Made by a program: the position numbers and the translations under genes. 64,000 nucleotides of DNA from Candidatus Latescibacterota bacterium (lineage in GTDB: Bacteria; Latescibacterota; UBA2968; GCA-2709665). Shown here in pieces: positions 9,904-20,876 of this stretch. The stretch spans positions 2,400,001-2,464,000 of the forward strand of contig OZ244744.1 in assembly GCA_965219455.1 (NCBI GenBank), written 5' to 3'. The stretch's first letter is position 1, and every line of letters starts with the position of its first letter. Under the pieces are notes generated by a model that searched no databases, was not told the DNA's origin, and saw only the letters and a program-made list of their open reading frames with translations.

Positions 9904-10242
9904 AAAATCAGCGGTCAGCTATCAGCCGTCAGCATTCAGCTTGAAGCAAAAGGCGAAAACCAGACTCCAAATCCACATCTCCCCAAATTCCCTGCCTTCG
10001 GCGGGAATAGCGGTCAGCTATCAGCCGTCAGCGGTTAGCTGGAGGCGGTTGGCGATATGGACACGCGACGTCAATCAACGATATCCGCACCATTATGTGG
10101 GCAACCGCCGGTTGCCCCTACGAATGCAACGGCGGCGCGGAATAGCCCGCGGATTGATGGGTTCTCCTGTCGTGCGACCGGTGGCGGCGATGGGGGTTTT
10201 TTTTCCTCTCCCCTCTACCTTCTTACGTCTCGCCGATTTTCC

Positions 10243-10271
10243 GGAACCTTTCCCCTGCCTTCAGGGTCTAA
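10243..10271 (+). promoter_or_regulatory. Putative sigma-E/ECF promoter upstream of degP
   Basis: GGAACCT-N16-GTCTAA, matching the RpoE/AlgU-type consensus, 72 bp before the degP start. Confidence 0.6.
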
Positions 10272-10343
10272 CACCCGTAAACCCGGGTAATCCATCTTCG
10301 AGTTGTCGAGCCAACCAGAAAACAAGAGAAAGGGCTTTTCCCG

Positions 10344-11795
<1,452 letters not shown>

Positions 11796-11849
11796 AAACG
11801 CATCCGGCGGCGACGCGGCTCACGTCACCACGTCGATATCTTACGAATG

Positions 11850-11879
11850 AAGCCCGGCGGACATTCCCGCCGGGCTTTC
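11850..11879 (+). terminator. Rho-independent terminator after degP
   Basis: aagcccggcgg-acattc-ccgccgggctt hairpin with short T tail, between convergent genes. Confidence 0.7.
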
Positions 11880-11935
11880 TGTCAATTTTAGCGTAGGGGC
11901 GACTGGCCGGTCGCCCCTACAGGAGCGGTCCCGGT

Positions 11936-13684
11936 TTACGGGACCGCTTTTTTTATTTCGATGACGTAGGTTTTGGGAGATTTCGTGGTGTGAATCAACT
12001 TGAAGTTCTTGGGATAGGCTTTCAGAACCGGAGCGATATACTTCAATTTTTCTTTAAAATACGGAATGTTGTCCAGCAGAATGTAGTCGTATTTCTTCAG
12101 GGCCGGCAGGGCTTTTGCAGGATCCTCGATGCGGGGATAGCCATCGGTTTCACGACCCGACCAGAACCACACGAGTGTCGGCTTCCGCGTGGTGACGCGG
12201 CTCTGGTGAGGCGTGTTGTACTTCATCCAGACACTGGCCACGTGGTACGACTTCCAGTATCCATGATAGCCCGGCGTCATCCGCTGGCTCCTCATTGTTG
12301 CAAAATTCACGAACATGGACGGCAGCAGGAATACACAGGCCAAGAACACGGGGCTGCGCCTGGCCAGGACCGGTCGTTGAAAGAGGGCCGCCATTTTTCC
12401 CAGTGGCAGGTAGCGTGGAAAACGTCTCGTCGGGGAAACGGATTCGGGAAAGCGGTTGCAGATCTTATCGATGCCCTTGAAAATATAGAAGACGATGAAC
12501 GGCAGGATGGGGAGGAGGTAGCGATGGGGAGAACCGGGCAGGGTGAAGAGGGTCGTAACATATCCCATAACGTACCAGTCGTGGACCTCCAGGCTTCGCA
12601 GGAGCGAGAGCGGCTTTCTGTTCGCGGGTTTTCTTCCGAACACAAACCCGATGGCGATCGTAATCAGAATCAACCACCCGATGGGGCGCCATTTCGCGGA
12701 AATCGGCAGTTTCGCCATATATCTTCCAGGCAGCAGGAGGTATTCCAGGCTTTCCAGATAGCCGACCGGGTTCTTGCGGAAGAAGTAGTAAGAGAAATTC
12801 TGCCAGAAGGAACCCACCTCGCTATCCGGGATGTTGAATCCCGTGGTAATCTGGTTGATCATTCCGAAGTAGCCCTGTGATTCGGGAAAGTTGACCCTTA
12901 GGTAGAACACCCACGGCAGCACCCATACGGAGGTGAATGCGACAAGAAGCAGAGATTTTTTTGTCTCCTTGCGAAGCAAGAGGTAGATGGTTGCCGCGAT
13001 CACCAGGTATATGGATGGCGATTTCACGTGGTAGGCCCACCCCACGGCGCAGGCGGCGGCAATCAGCCATTTCCAGGAAATACCTGGACACCGAATGTAT
13101 TGGAGGATTGCCCACAGAGCGAGCATCGAAAACGCCGGAAAGGGGATGTCCGCGGTGACGACATTGGAGTATTCCACGGCAAGCCAAAATGCCCCTGAAA
13201 CCAGCGCGATCAGAAGCGCCCGGTTGTTGTCGATGAATTCCCGGAGGACCAGGAACGTGGAGAGCGGGAATAAAAAACCCGATACGGCGATCGTGGCCTT
13301 GAGTGCGGGCACACTGTCCGGAAACAGAACGACAGCAGGCATCAGCATGGTTTTCACGCCCAGACCGTACTGGCTGTCGAGAACGCCCTTTCCCTGGACC
13401 AGCCGCCTGGCATCCCTGATGTACACGACATTGTCCCCGATAATGTGTACCCATTCGTTGCATGTGAGTAGGTACATGCCGACAATGGCGACGGTGCCCA
13501 CGACTGCCGCGCTCAGAAACCGGTGTTCGGGAATCTGTCTGAACGCGGCCAGGGCTGCGACGCAGAGAATCACCGTCATGCAGACCATTACCGGCACGAC
13601 CGTCGCCATGTTCAGATCGAAATAACTCTGGAAGGCCAGCAGAATAACCAGACAAAACGCTAAGATAAGCCTGAGACCAGGCAT
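11936..13684 (-). CDS. Polytopic membrane glycosyltransferase-like protein (GT-C/ArnT-like)
   Basis: Many TM segments; GDNVVYI loop, ADIPF, RYLLPILPF, C-terminal periplasmic domain; ATG 13684 follows the GT2 stop directly. Confidence 0.7.
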   Translation of the reverse strand: MPGLRLILAFCLVILLAFQSYFDLNMATVVPVMVCMTVILCVAALAAFRQIPEHRFLSAAVVGTVAIVGMYLLTCNEWVHIIGDNVVYIRDARRLVQGKGVLDSQYGLGVKTMLMPAVVLFPDSVPALKATIAVSGFLFPLSTFLVLREFIDNNRALLIALVSGAFWLAVEYSNVVTADIPFPAFSMLALWAILQYIRCPGISWKWLIAAACAVGWAYHVKSPSIYLVIAATIYLLLRKETKKSLLLVAFTSVWVLPWVFYLRVNFPESQGYFGMINQITTGFNIPDSEVGSFWQNFSYYFFRKNPVGYLESLEYLLLPGRYMAKLPISAKWRPIGWLILITIAIGFVFGRKPANRKPLSLLRSLEVHDWYVMGYVTTLFTLPGSPHRYLLPILPFIVFYIFKGIDKICNRFPESVSPTRRFPRYLPLGKMAALFQRPVLARRSPVFLACVFLLPSMFVNFATMRSQRMTPGYHGYWKSYHVASVWMKYNTPHQSRVTTRKPTLVWFWSGRETDGYPRIEDPAKALPALKKYDYILLDNIPYFKEKLKYIAPVLKAYPKNFKLIHTTKSPKTYVIEIKKAVP

Positions 13685-13686
13685 GT

Positions 13687-14415
13687 CTACACTCCGGAGA
13701 AACGGTATCTTAGAAGGGTCTTGATATTGATGAAGAAGTCGATCCACCGCACCTTCTTGCCGGCGCTCACGTCCCGGCCCCGGTACGTAATCGGGACGTC
13801 CACGATCCGGCATCCTTTTTTCAGGAGCTTGGCCGTGAGTTCGTGTTCCAGGTCGAAGCCGTCTCGCACCAATGGTATTTGACGTAGAGTATCGGTCCGG
13901 TAGAGTTTGTACCCCGTGCAGAGGTCGGTGATACGGGAGAAGAACAGAAAGTTCGTTAACCACGTAAGGAGCTTGTTCGCGATGAAGTTCGGCAACTTCA
14001 TGCCTTCGATATCGCCCAGGAAACGCGAACCGAACACCGCGACGATTGATGGATCACGCAGAAAGGGCGCGATCAGTTCGGGGACATCTTCCGGCGCGTA
14101 TTCCAGGTCGGCATCCTGGATGAGCGCCCAGTCTCCGGTTGCGTGTTCCAGCGCCGTGCGAACCGCCGCGCCCTTTCCCCTGTTCCGAGGATGGCGAACG
14201 ACCCTGATTCCGGCATCGTCCAGGTTCCTCAATATATTTTCGGAGCCGTCGGTGGAGCCGTCATCCACGATGATGATTTCTTTGCGCACGCCTTCCTGAA
14301 CGGGCACGGCCCCGACGCGGTCGATCACGGCGCACAGCGTGTCTGACTCGTTATACACGGGAATCATGATGGATAGCAGGTAATCCCGAGAGGATGCGTT
14401 GACGTTTTCCTCCAT
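13687..14415 (-). CDS. GT2 glycosyltransferase (polyprenol-phosphate sugar synthase-like)
   Basis: IPVYNE, VDDGSTDGS, NRGKGAAVR, IQDADLEY, GSRF, GKKVRWID. Confidence 0.92.
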   Translation of the reverse strand: MEENVNASSRDYLLSIMIPVYNESDTLCAVIDRVGAVPVQEGVRKEIIIVDDGSTDGSENILRNLDDAGIRVVRHPRNRGKGAAVRTALEHATGDWALIQDADLEYAPEDVPELIAPFLRDPSIVAVFGSRFLGDIEGMKLPNFIANKLLTWLTNFLFFSRITDLCTGYKLYRTDTLRQIPLVRDGFDLEHELTAKLLKKGCRIVDVPITYRGRDVSAGKKVRWIDFFINIKTLLRYRFSGV

Positions 14416-14559
14416 TCTGCCCTTCTTATTGTCCTTCTGCCGGAATGCAGACAAAGGTGATCCAATAGATAGCGCCGTCCACCTTCCAGTGCGGGAGACG
14501 GCGGCGAGTCGTGGCGTGTCCGGACACAGGATTCCGAGTTCAGGGTTCGATGTACGTGT

Positions 14560-15648
14560 TCAGGCGGCACATCCCGGCGCAACCTGTTTGACCTCGAGGC
14601 CAGCGGGATCAACCGTTGCGGGGAGGATTCGCGCCGTGGGGACGGCGGAAAGGACCTCCCGCCACGCGGCGGACAATTCCGGAACCGCCCGGGGGTGCGG
14701 CGCAAGCGCCCAGACGCACCCGCCGTTTCCGCTGCCAGCGGTAGCAAAGCCCGCACCGAATGAGTTGCACACACCCTGAAGTTTTTCTCCGAGCACGGTT
14801 ATTCGGGCAGGTACAATCGCACAGCGAATACCGGTTTCTTCGTCCATCAGCCCGGCGGCGACCTTCCAATCGGCCCGTTTCAGCGCCTCAGCGAACTCCG
14901 CGGCGATTTCATTGACCCGGAACCACCGGCTTCGGTGTCGACCCGCCAGGAAGTCATCGACCTGCCGGCTGTTGACGTCGTTGGAGTCGTGCGGTTTGCC
15001 AATATAGGCGATGAGCAAACGGTCACTGAGGGCGCTGTACTGATCCCGGGCGAGAATCGCCTCCTTGCGGAACTTTCCACCCGGGTCGCCGTAGGTCCAA
15101 TGCCAGGTGTTGACGCCACCGTACGTGGCGGCGCACTGGTCCTGAAGGCCGGTATAGGAGTATCTGAGACCGTCTTCAATATTGTAGACGATCTCGATGA
15201 TTTCCTCCGGCGAAAGGCAGCCGCCGCCGACCAACTCACGCGCGCAGGCAAGGGCTCCCGCCAGGGCGACGGAGAGCGTGCCGGAACCGCCCACGCCGCT
15301 GCGGGGCGGACAGCCGTACGCGATCTCGATTTCGACGCCGGCAAGGGCGAAATGTGCGGCAATGGCGAAAAACAGCCCGAAATGCCCCGTCAGGTCGAGC
15401 GCATCGGCGGGAAACGCTTCGTGGTGAAATTCGTCCACAATGCGCACCCAGCCAGGCCTGTACGCTTTAAGGCGAATGCCTGTGCGCGCGGAGATGGCGA
15501 TGTTGGTCGTGGCGGGATTCAGGCTGGCATAGGGCAGCGCGAAACACTTGAGGTCCCACGTGCCGCCGACGTCCAGGCGGGACGGCGCCGAAGACAGGAT
15601 TTCAACCGTCTTAAGGTGCGCGCTGAGATCGGAGTATGCTTCTTGCAT
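14560..15648 (-). CDS. GHMP-family sugar kinase (HddA/heptose-7-phosphate kinase-like)
   Basis: APSRLDVGGTWD, PPRSGVGGSG, GLQDQCAATYGG, GSGNGGC. Confidence 0.8.
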   Translation of the reverse strand: MQEAYSDLSAHLKTVEILSSAPSRLDVGGTWDLKCFALPYASLNPATTNIAISARTGIRLKAYRPGWVRIVDEFHHEAFPADALDLTGHFGLFFAIAAHFALAGVEIEIAYGCPPRSGVGGSGTLSVALAGALACARELVGGGCLSPEEIIEIVYNIEDGLRYSYTGLQDQCAATYGGVNTWHWTYGDPGGKFRKEAILARDQYSALSDRLLIAYIGKPHDSNDVNSRQVDDFLAGRHRSRWFRVNEIAAEFAEALKRADWKVAAGLMDEETGIRCAIVPARITVLGEKLQGVCNSFGAGFATAGSGNGGCVWALAPHPRAVPELSAAWREVLSAVPTARILPATVDPAGLEVKQVAPGCAA

Positions 15649-15729
15649 AGGCGAAATCGTTTCAATGGTCGCAATGAGAGTGTTCCGTGAGCCGTTCCTT
15701 GAGCACGCTTTGGTAGGCGGTCTTCAATT

Positions 15730-15861
15730 CCGCTCAGAATGACATGCTTTGCAACGACCCTTGGCGAAATGTCTCGGTCATACCCTCGCCAATCCTGTCA
15801 TCCTGAGGAAGCCGCCCTGTCTGCCAGAGATTCATCGGCAGGCGGGCTGACGAAGGATCTA
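15730..15861. repeat. REPIN-like hairpin unit downstream of the GIY-YIG gene
   Basis: ctcagaatgaca...ttggcga..tcgccaa..tgtcatcctgag inverted arrangement followed by gacgaaggatcta; homologous to 16379-16458. Confidence 0.75.
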
Positions 15862-15994
15862 CTGCGGCATCGCCTGATGTCCCAGCTGCTGGCTTTCGAT
15901 CCGACCCTAAAGGCGGCACGTCTACACCCGCTTCAGGTGCCCTCAGAATGACAGATCAGCCCATCATCATCCGCGAAACGCCGCGTCGAATAGA

Positions 15995-16276
15995 CTACCA
16001 GTCCTTGGACAGATCACGCAACGCTGGATTGGTGTAACCTATTAGTTCGAGCTTTTTCTGGCGCGCCCAACCCTGCAGTTGCTTTTCCCTCGATATCGCT
16101 CCGCGAATGTCGGATGTCGTTTCAAAGTATATCAACCTATTCAACATATACTTGCTTGTGAAACCTGGAATGAGCTTGTGTTTGTGCTCATAGACACGCC
16201 GTTTGAGATCGTTGGTAACGCCAATATAGAGTGCGCCGCTTCGATTTGTCAAGATGTAGACGAAGTATTGGTTCAT
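15995..16276 (-). CDS. Small stand-alone GIY-YIG nuclease
   Basis: 93 aa; YFVYIL..LYIGVTNDLKRRVYEHK..FTSKY..LIYFE..AISREKQLQGWARQKK..NP...DL. Confidence 0.92.
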   Translation of the reverse strand: MNQYFVYILTNRSGALYIGVTNDLKRRVYEHKHKLIPGFTSKYMLNRLIYFETTSDIRGAISREKQLQGWARQKKLELIGYTNPALRDLSKDW

Positions 16277-16362
16277 CGAAAGTCTGGATTACGCGTTATG
16301 GCGACGAAGTGTCCGCCTGGATTTATCCCTGAAGGGTTCGTCCCCACACACAACACAAACCG

Positions 16363-16584
16363 CGGGAGATTCTTCGCTCCGCTCAGAATGACATGCTTTG
16401 CAATAACCATTGGCGACCTGTTCCGGTCACACGTTTGCCAAACCTGTCATCCTGAGGATGCCACCAGGGAAACCAAGCCTCCGCGCATATGAGCTGGTGA
16501 AGGCTTCCACTGCTCGTAAAGCCGAGTAGACGGGAGATTCTTCGCTCCGCTCAGAATGACATGCTTTACAATAACCATTGGCGA
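16363..16584. repeat. Two 54-bp direct repeats (one mismatch) of the GIY-YIG-associated repeat
   Basis: cgggagattcttcgctccgctcagaatgacatgcttt(g/a)caataaccattggcga at 16363-16416 and 16531-16584. Confidence 0.85.
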
Positions 16585-16627
16585 GATGTTTCGACATGCT
16601 TGCTTCGACAGGTCTGTTTCTGTGAGC

Positions 16628-17554
16628 TCACGCACGTGGATGAAACGTGCGGTGGACTTCCTTCAGGTATTCCCGGTCCACGTGGGTGTAGATCTGCGTT
16701 GTCGAAATATCCACGTGCCCCAGCATTTCCTGGACGGCCCTCAGGTCGGCGCCGCCCTCCAGCAGATGGGTTGCGAACGAATGGCGCATGGTGTGCGGAC
16801 TGACCGCCTTTTCAATGCCGGAACTCCGGACGTATCCGCGCAATATCTTCCATACGCCCATCCGGGACATGCCGCCGCCGCGAAAGTTCAAAAACACCGT
16901 ATTACCGGACGAGGGCCCGCAAAGTTCGTCGCGGGCGTGCGTCACATAGCGATTGACCCACTCCACGGCTTCCGATCCGATGGGCACGATCCGCTCCCGG
17001 CTGCCCTTGCCGATCACGCGCACCACCTCCAGGTCGAACAACAGGTGAACCCGTTCCAGCCCGATCAATTCCGACACCCGGAGACCCGCTCCGTACAACA
17101 TTTCCAGCAGCGCGCGGTCCCGCAAACCCAGGGGCGTCTCCGCGTCCGGCTCCATCATCAGGCGTTCCACCTCGTAGACGTTCAGGACAGAGGGCAGTTT
17201 CCGGCCCATTTTAGGCGACTTCATATGTTCGGTGGGGTCGTTTTCGATGACGCCCTCCGCCTGCAGAAACCGATGAAACATCCGGACCGCGGTCAGATTG
17301 CGCGCCACACTGGACGCTTCCAGGCCGAGGTCTCCCAGCAACTGTAACAACGCAGACACGTCCGCCTGCGACACGTCGACGGGCGTCCTTACGCCCCGCG
17401 CCTCCAGCACGGTGGCGTACCTGTCCAGGTCCCGGGCATAGGCTGAAACGGTGTTTTCGGCCAACCCCTGCTCCAGGTGCACGTAATCCATGAACCCACG
17501 CAGCGCATCCCGCCATTCCGCTGTGAGGCGCTGCTCGCCCGCTTCTATATCCAT
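16628..17554 (-). CDS. xerD: Tyrosine recombinase XerD
   Basis: GLAENTVSAYARDL, RDRALLEMLYGAGLRVSEL, GKGSRERIVP, SPHTMRHSFATHLLEGGADLRAVQEMLGHVDISTTQIYTH; start at TAATG overlap with ogt. Confidence 0.93.
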   Translation of the reverse strand: MDIEAGEQRLTAEWRDALRGFMDYVHLEQGLAENTVSAYARDLDRYATVLEARGVRTPVDVSQADVSALLQLLGDLGLEASSVARNLTAVRMFHRFLQAEGVIENDPTEHMKSPKMGRKLPSVLNVYEVERLMMEPDAETPLGLRDRALLEMLYGAGLRVSELIGLERVHLLFDLEVVRVIGKGSRERIVPIGSEAVEWVNRYVTHARDELCGPSSGNTVFLNFRGGGMSRMGVWKILRGYVRSSGIEKAVSPHTMRHSFATHLLEGGADLRAVQEMLGHVDISTTQIYTHVDREYLKEVHRTFHPRA

Positions 17555-18096
17555 TATGTCCGCCATTCCTGCGAGCTCCCGGATCCGCCATTTCCCTCCA
17601 GCGCCAGCAGGGCCGCCTTCCATTCCCCGCCATAAGCGAAGCCCGTCAGGGCCCCGGAAGCCCCGACAACCCGATGACATGGCACCACAATCACGTAGGG
17701 ATTCTTCCCGAGCGCGGCGCCCACCGCACGGGCGGCCTTAGGGCGGCCTATGGCATTTGCCACGTCGCCGTAGGAACGCCGCCTGCCATACGGAATCTCC
17801 CGGGTCGCCCGCCAGACCATCCCCTGAAAAACCGTATAGCCGGAGAGATCGGGCAGGTCCTGAAACCGCACGGGCTCGCCTGAAAAATAGCCGTCCAGCG
17901 CGTCGATAAGGCGCCCTCCCGCCGGATCCGGGGGTTCGCCCTCCACCAGGGCGGGCCGGGCAACGTCGACCCGCTCGAAACGCCCCAGTTGGATGGACGC
18001 CAGCCTGCCTTTATCCCATGTCATCTTCACCCGCCCCAGCCCCGTCTGCAGGACCGCGGATTGCATCGCCGACGCCGCACTCTTTCCGTTCTTCAT
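17554..18096 (-). CDS. ogt: Methylated-DNA--protein-cysteine methyltransferase
   Basis: IPYG..SYGDVA..ARAVGAALGKNP..VVPCHRVV. Confidence 0.93.
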   Translation of the reverse strand: MKNGKSAASAMQSAVLQTGLGRVKMTWDKGRLASIQLGRFERVDVARPALVEGEPPDPAGGRLIDALDGYFSGEPVRFQDLPDLSGYTVFQGMVWRATREIPYGRRRSYGDVANAIGRPKAARAVGAALGKNPYVIVVPCHRVVGASGALTGFAYGGEWKAALLALEGNGGSGSSQEWRT

Positions 18097-18129
18097 TGCC
18101 CGCTCCCCGTATTACAAACGTCCGATAAT

Positions 18130-20016
18130 CTATTTCCGGGTAAGAAGACTCGTTTTAAGTTGCTCCGCTATCTGTTCCCCCAGCTTCGATCCGATACCCT
18201 CCACCGCCGCGAGTTCGGATGCATCCGCCTCCCATATCTTCTTCATCGACCCGAAGTGGGTCAACAGCGCCTTCCGCCGGTCCGGACCCACCCCGTCGAT
18301 CTCATCCAGTTGGGAAGCCAGCGTTCGTTTCTGCCGCAGCTTTCGGTGATAGGCGATTGCAAACCGGTGCGATTCATCCCGAACGGCCTGCAACAGCTTG
18401 AGCGCCGCCGAGGCCTTGGGGATATTCTGAGGGTCCGAATGATCGGGCAGGAATACTTCCTCCAGGCGCTTGGCGAGGCCGATCACGGGCTGTTTCCGAA
18501 CGCCCAGCGCATGCAACGCCGCCACCGCGCTGGAAAGCTGCCCCTTACCGCCGTCGATCAACAGCAGATCGGGAAACGCCCGACCCTCCTCCATCAGGCG
18601 TTTGAAGCGCCGCGTCACCACCTGCCGCATCATGGCGAAATCGTCCGGCCCCTCGATACCCGTAATCCTGAAGTGCCTGTACTCGGACTTCCGGGGCCGG
18701 CCATCCACAAAACAGACCAGCGACGCCACGGGATCCGTCCCCTGGAAATTGGAAATATCCATGGCCTCGATACGCTTCGGGGGGCCCTCCAGGCGCAGGT
18801 CGCGCTGCAGCGCCACAACGGCGGCCGGCGCCTGTGACCTCCGGTTTTCGCGTCGCAACCGGCGCTCGCTGAGCAACAGCGCGGCGTTGTTCTCCGCCAT
18901 CTTCACCAGCCGCGCCTTATCGCCACGCTGGGGCACGCGGATTTCCACAAGGCCGCCGGCCCGCCCCCGCAACCAATCCAGCACGGCTTCGCGCGATTCG
19001 ATATCGCACGGAAGGCAGATCTCCTCCGGCACAAACGAGGCGGTCAGATAGAGCAATTGCACAAAGGAGCCGACTACCTCGGCCATTGGCGCGTCCAGCA
19101 CGCCGCCCAGGAAATAGTGTTGCCTCCCGATCAGCCTCCCCTCCCGGACCTCCATCACCACGCAGCAGGCTTCGTCGTCTTCCCTGGCAACGGCAATCGT
19201 ATCCCAGTCCTTCTGTTCCGCGGACACCACCTTCTGGCGGTTGGTCGTCTGCGCCAGGTCTCTCAGGCGATCCCGGTAGACCGCGGCTTCTTCGAAACGC
19301 TGCCCGGCCGCCGCATTCCTCATACGTTCCTTCAGCGCGGCCACCACCTGGGTATGACGCCCCGTCAGAAACAGTACGGCCTCGCGCACGATCTTGCGGT
19401 ACTCCGCCGCCGAAATCAGCCCCTCGCAGGGGCCGTCGCACCGTTTAATCTCATAATCCAGGCAGAGCCGGACGTTGCCCGCGGGCAGCGCGTAGTCGCA
19501 ACTGCGGATCCGAAACAGCCGGTGCATCGTTTCCAGGGTCCGGCGCATGGCCTTCACGTCCGTATAGGGGCCCAGGTAACGCGAACCGTCCTTGACCACG
19601 TCGCGCGTAAACACAATCCGGGGAAACGGTTCATCGGTAATTCTGATAAAGGGGTACTTCTTGTCGTCCTTCAGATTGATATTGTACCGGGGCTTGTGCT
19701 CCTTGATCAGGTTGGCCTCCAGAATCAGGGCCTCCACCTCGGTATCCGCCACGATATATTCCAGATCCCTCGCGTTGCGCACGAGCGCCCGGAACTGACG
19801 ACGGCCGTCGTCCGCATTGGACCGGATGTAGGATTGCGCACGGCTTCGCAGACACTTGGCCTTTCCGATGTAAATGATCCGTCCCTGTTCGTCCTTCAAC
19901 ATATATACACCGGGTTCCCTGGGCATATGGGCCACAATCTCATTGAGGCGCCTGCGCACGGCTTTACGGCTCATTCCCGCCGGTGCGGAAATCCGGTCCG
20001 TGGATCCCGAATCCAT
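18130..20016 (-). CDS. uvrC: Excinuclease ABC subunit C
   Basis: PGVYML..IYIGKAK, ALILEANLIK..PRYN, DISNFQG, DLLLIDGGKGQL, RDESHRFA, C-terminal HhH. Confidence 0.97.
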   Translation of the reverse strand: MDSGSTDRISAPAGMSRKAVRRRLNEIVAHMPREPGVYMLKDEQGRIIYIGKAKCLRSRAQSYIRSNADDGRRQFRALVRNARDLEYIVADTEVEALILEANLIKEHKPRYNINLKDDKKYPFIRITDEPFPRIVFTRDVVKDGSRYLGPYTDVKAMRRTLETMHRLFRIRSCDYALPAGNVRLCLDYEIKRCDGPCEGLISAAEYRKIVREAVLFLTGRHTQVVAALKERMRNAAAGQRFEEAAVYRDRLRDLAQTTNRQKVVSAEQKDWDTIAVAREDDEACCVVMEVREGRLIGRQHYFLGGVLDAPMAEVVGSFVQLLYLTASFVPEEICLPCDIESREAVLDWLRGRAGGLVEIRVPQRGDKARLVKMAENNAALLLSERRLRRENRRSQAPAAVVALQRDLRLEGPPKRIEAMDISNFQGTDPVASLVCFVDGRPRKSEYRHFRITGIEGPDDFAMMRQVVTRRFKRLMEEGRAFPDLLLIDGGKGQLSSAVAALHALGVRKQPVIGLAKRLEEVFLPDHSDPQNIPKASAALKLLQAVRDESHRFAIAYHRKLRQKRTLASQLDEIDGVGPDRRKALLTHFGSMKKIWEADASELAAVEGIGSKLGEQIAEQLKTSLLTRK

Positions 20017-20063
20017 TTTTTCCGCCTTTTTTCAGGGGGCGCATTGCCGCCCGATTCCCGCGG

Positions 20064-20558
20064 TCAAATGTCCACAATCTCGACCTGCAAGCGCTGCAGA
20101 TCCAGCATCCCGACCGTGGACCGGCCGGTCACCCAGCCACCCGCCTCTCCCGGATTGACGACCAGAGTCCCGCCGGTTCGGACGTCTATCTCGTGGGTAT
20201 GGCCGTAGACGATCACGTCGTAGGCGCCGCTTTCCGCCAGCGCGTCCACTACATCGGGCTCGTGCAGAACCAGCAGCCGCCTGCCCTCGTAGTGGAAGGC
20301 ATGGGGCGCCCGGTGAATGGGGCCCAACGCCTCGAACTGGGCGCGAAGTCCGAAGCGCTCGCCGTCATTGTTACCGAATACCCCGACCATGGGCGCGTTC
20401 AGGTCCGCCATCCATTTGGCATTGAAGGGCGCGATGTAGTCTCCCGCGTGAACCACCAGCCCAACCTCACGCTCGTTGAACAGCGCCACCGACTTCTCCA
20501 CCGAAGTCCTGTTGTCGTGCGTGTCGGCAATCAGCCCCACCAGATGCGCGTATGCCAT
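20064..20558 (-). CDS. YfcE/MJ0936-type metallophosphoesterase
   Basis: DTHDN, HAGD, GNND, YGHTH, NPGE motifs. Confidence 0.9.
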   Translation of the reverse strand: MAYAHLVGLIADTHDNRTSVEKSVALFNEREVGLVVHAGDYIAPFNAKWMADLNAPMVGVFGNNDGERFGLRAQFEALGPIHRAPHAFHYEGRRLLVLHEPDVVDALAESGAYDVIVYGHTHEIDVRTGGTLVVNPGEAGGWVTGRSTVGMLDLQRLQVEIVDI

Positions 20559-20644
20559 GGAAACCATCCGTTCGTTTGCGTGTTTCAATCAACGGTTCGA
20601 CGTCTGCGAGGACGCGGGGCACGGGAGCATCAAAATCCCAGACA

Positions 20645-20673
20645 AACTTACGTCTCTCCCGTGGTTTTGTCAA
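20645..20673 (-). promoter_or_regulatory. Putative sigma-70 promoter for the phosphoesterase-uvrC-ogt-xerD unit
   Basis: Minus strand TTGACA-N17-TAAGTT. Confidence 0.5.
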
Positions 20674-20835
20674 CCGAAGGGTAAGTCAGTTGAAAGACCG
20701 CGGGCGTTTGGGCGGACCGGGGCCGAGACCTACCCCCTATCCCCCTTCCTGAAGGAAGGGGGAACTGTCATCGGTTGATCACGTCTCAATCGACGATAAA
20801 ATCCATCTGACATATTGAGACAAACCAACGGTTGT

Positions 20836-20876
20836 CTCCCCCTTTCCTTTAGGAGAGGGGGCCGGGGGGAGAGGTT
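20836..20876. repeat. CCCCTCTCC-N3-GGAGAGGGG palindrome family
   Basis: Reverse-oriented copy of aacctctcccccggccccctctcc..ggagaggggg; other copies at 20731-20764, 25791-25828, 35553-35592, 35767-35809, 37415-37460. Confidence 0.75.

Noticed and set aside
15730-16584. Direct repeats as a CRISPR array
   Set aside because: Only three copies, unequal spacing (about 650 and 168 bp) with a gene in between, and no cas genes in the window.
16628-17554. Tyrosine recombinase as an integron or prophage integrase
   Set aside because: Length and motifs match housekeeping XerD; no IntI-specific insertion, cassette array or phage genes.
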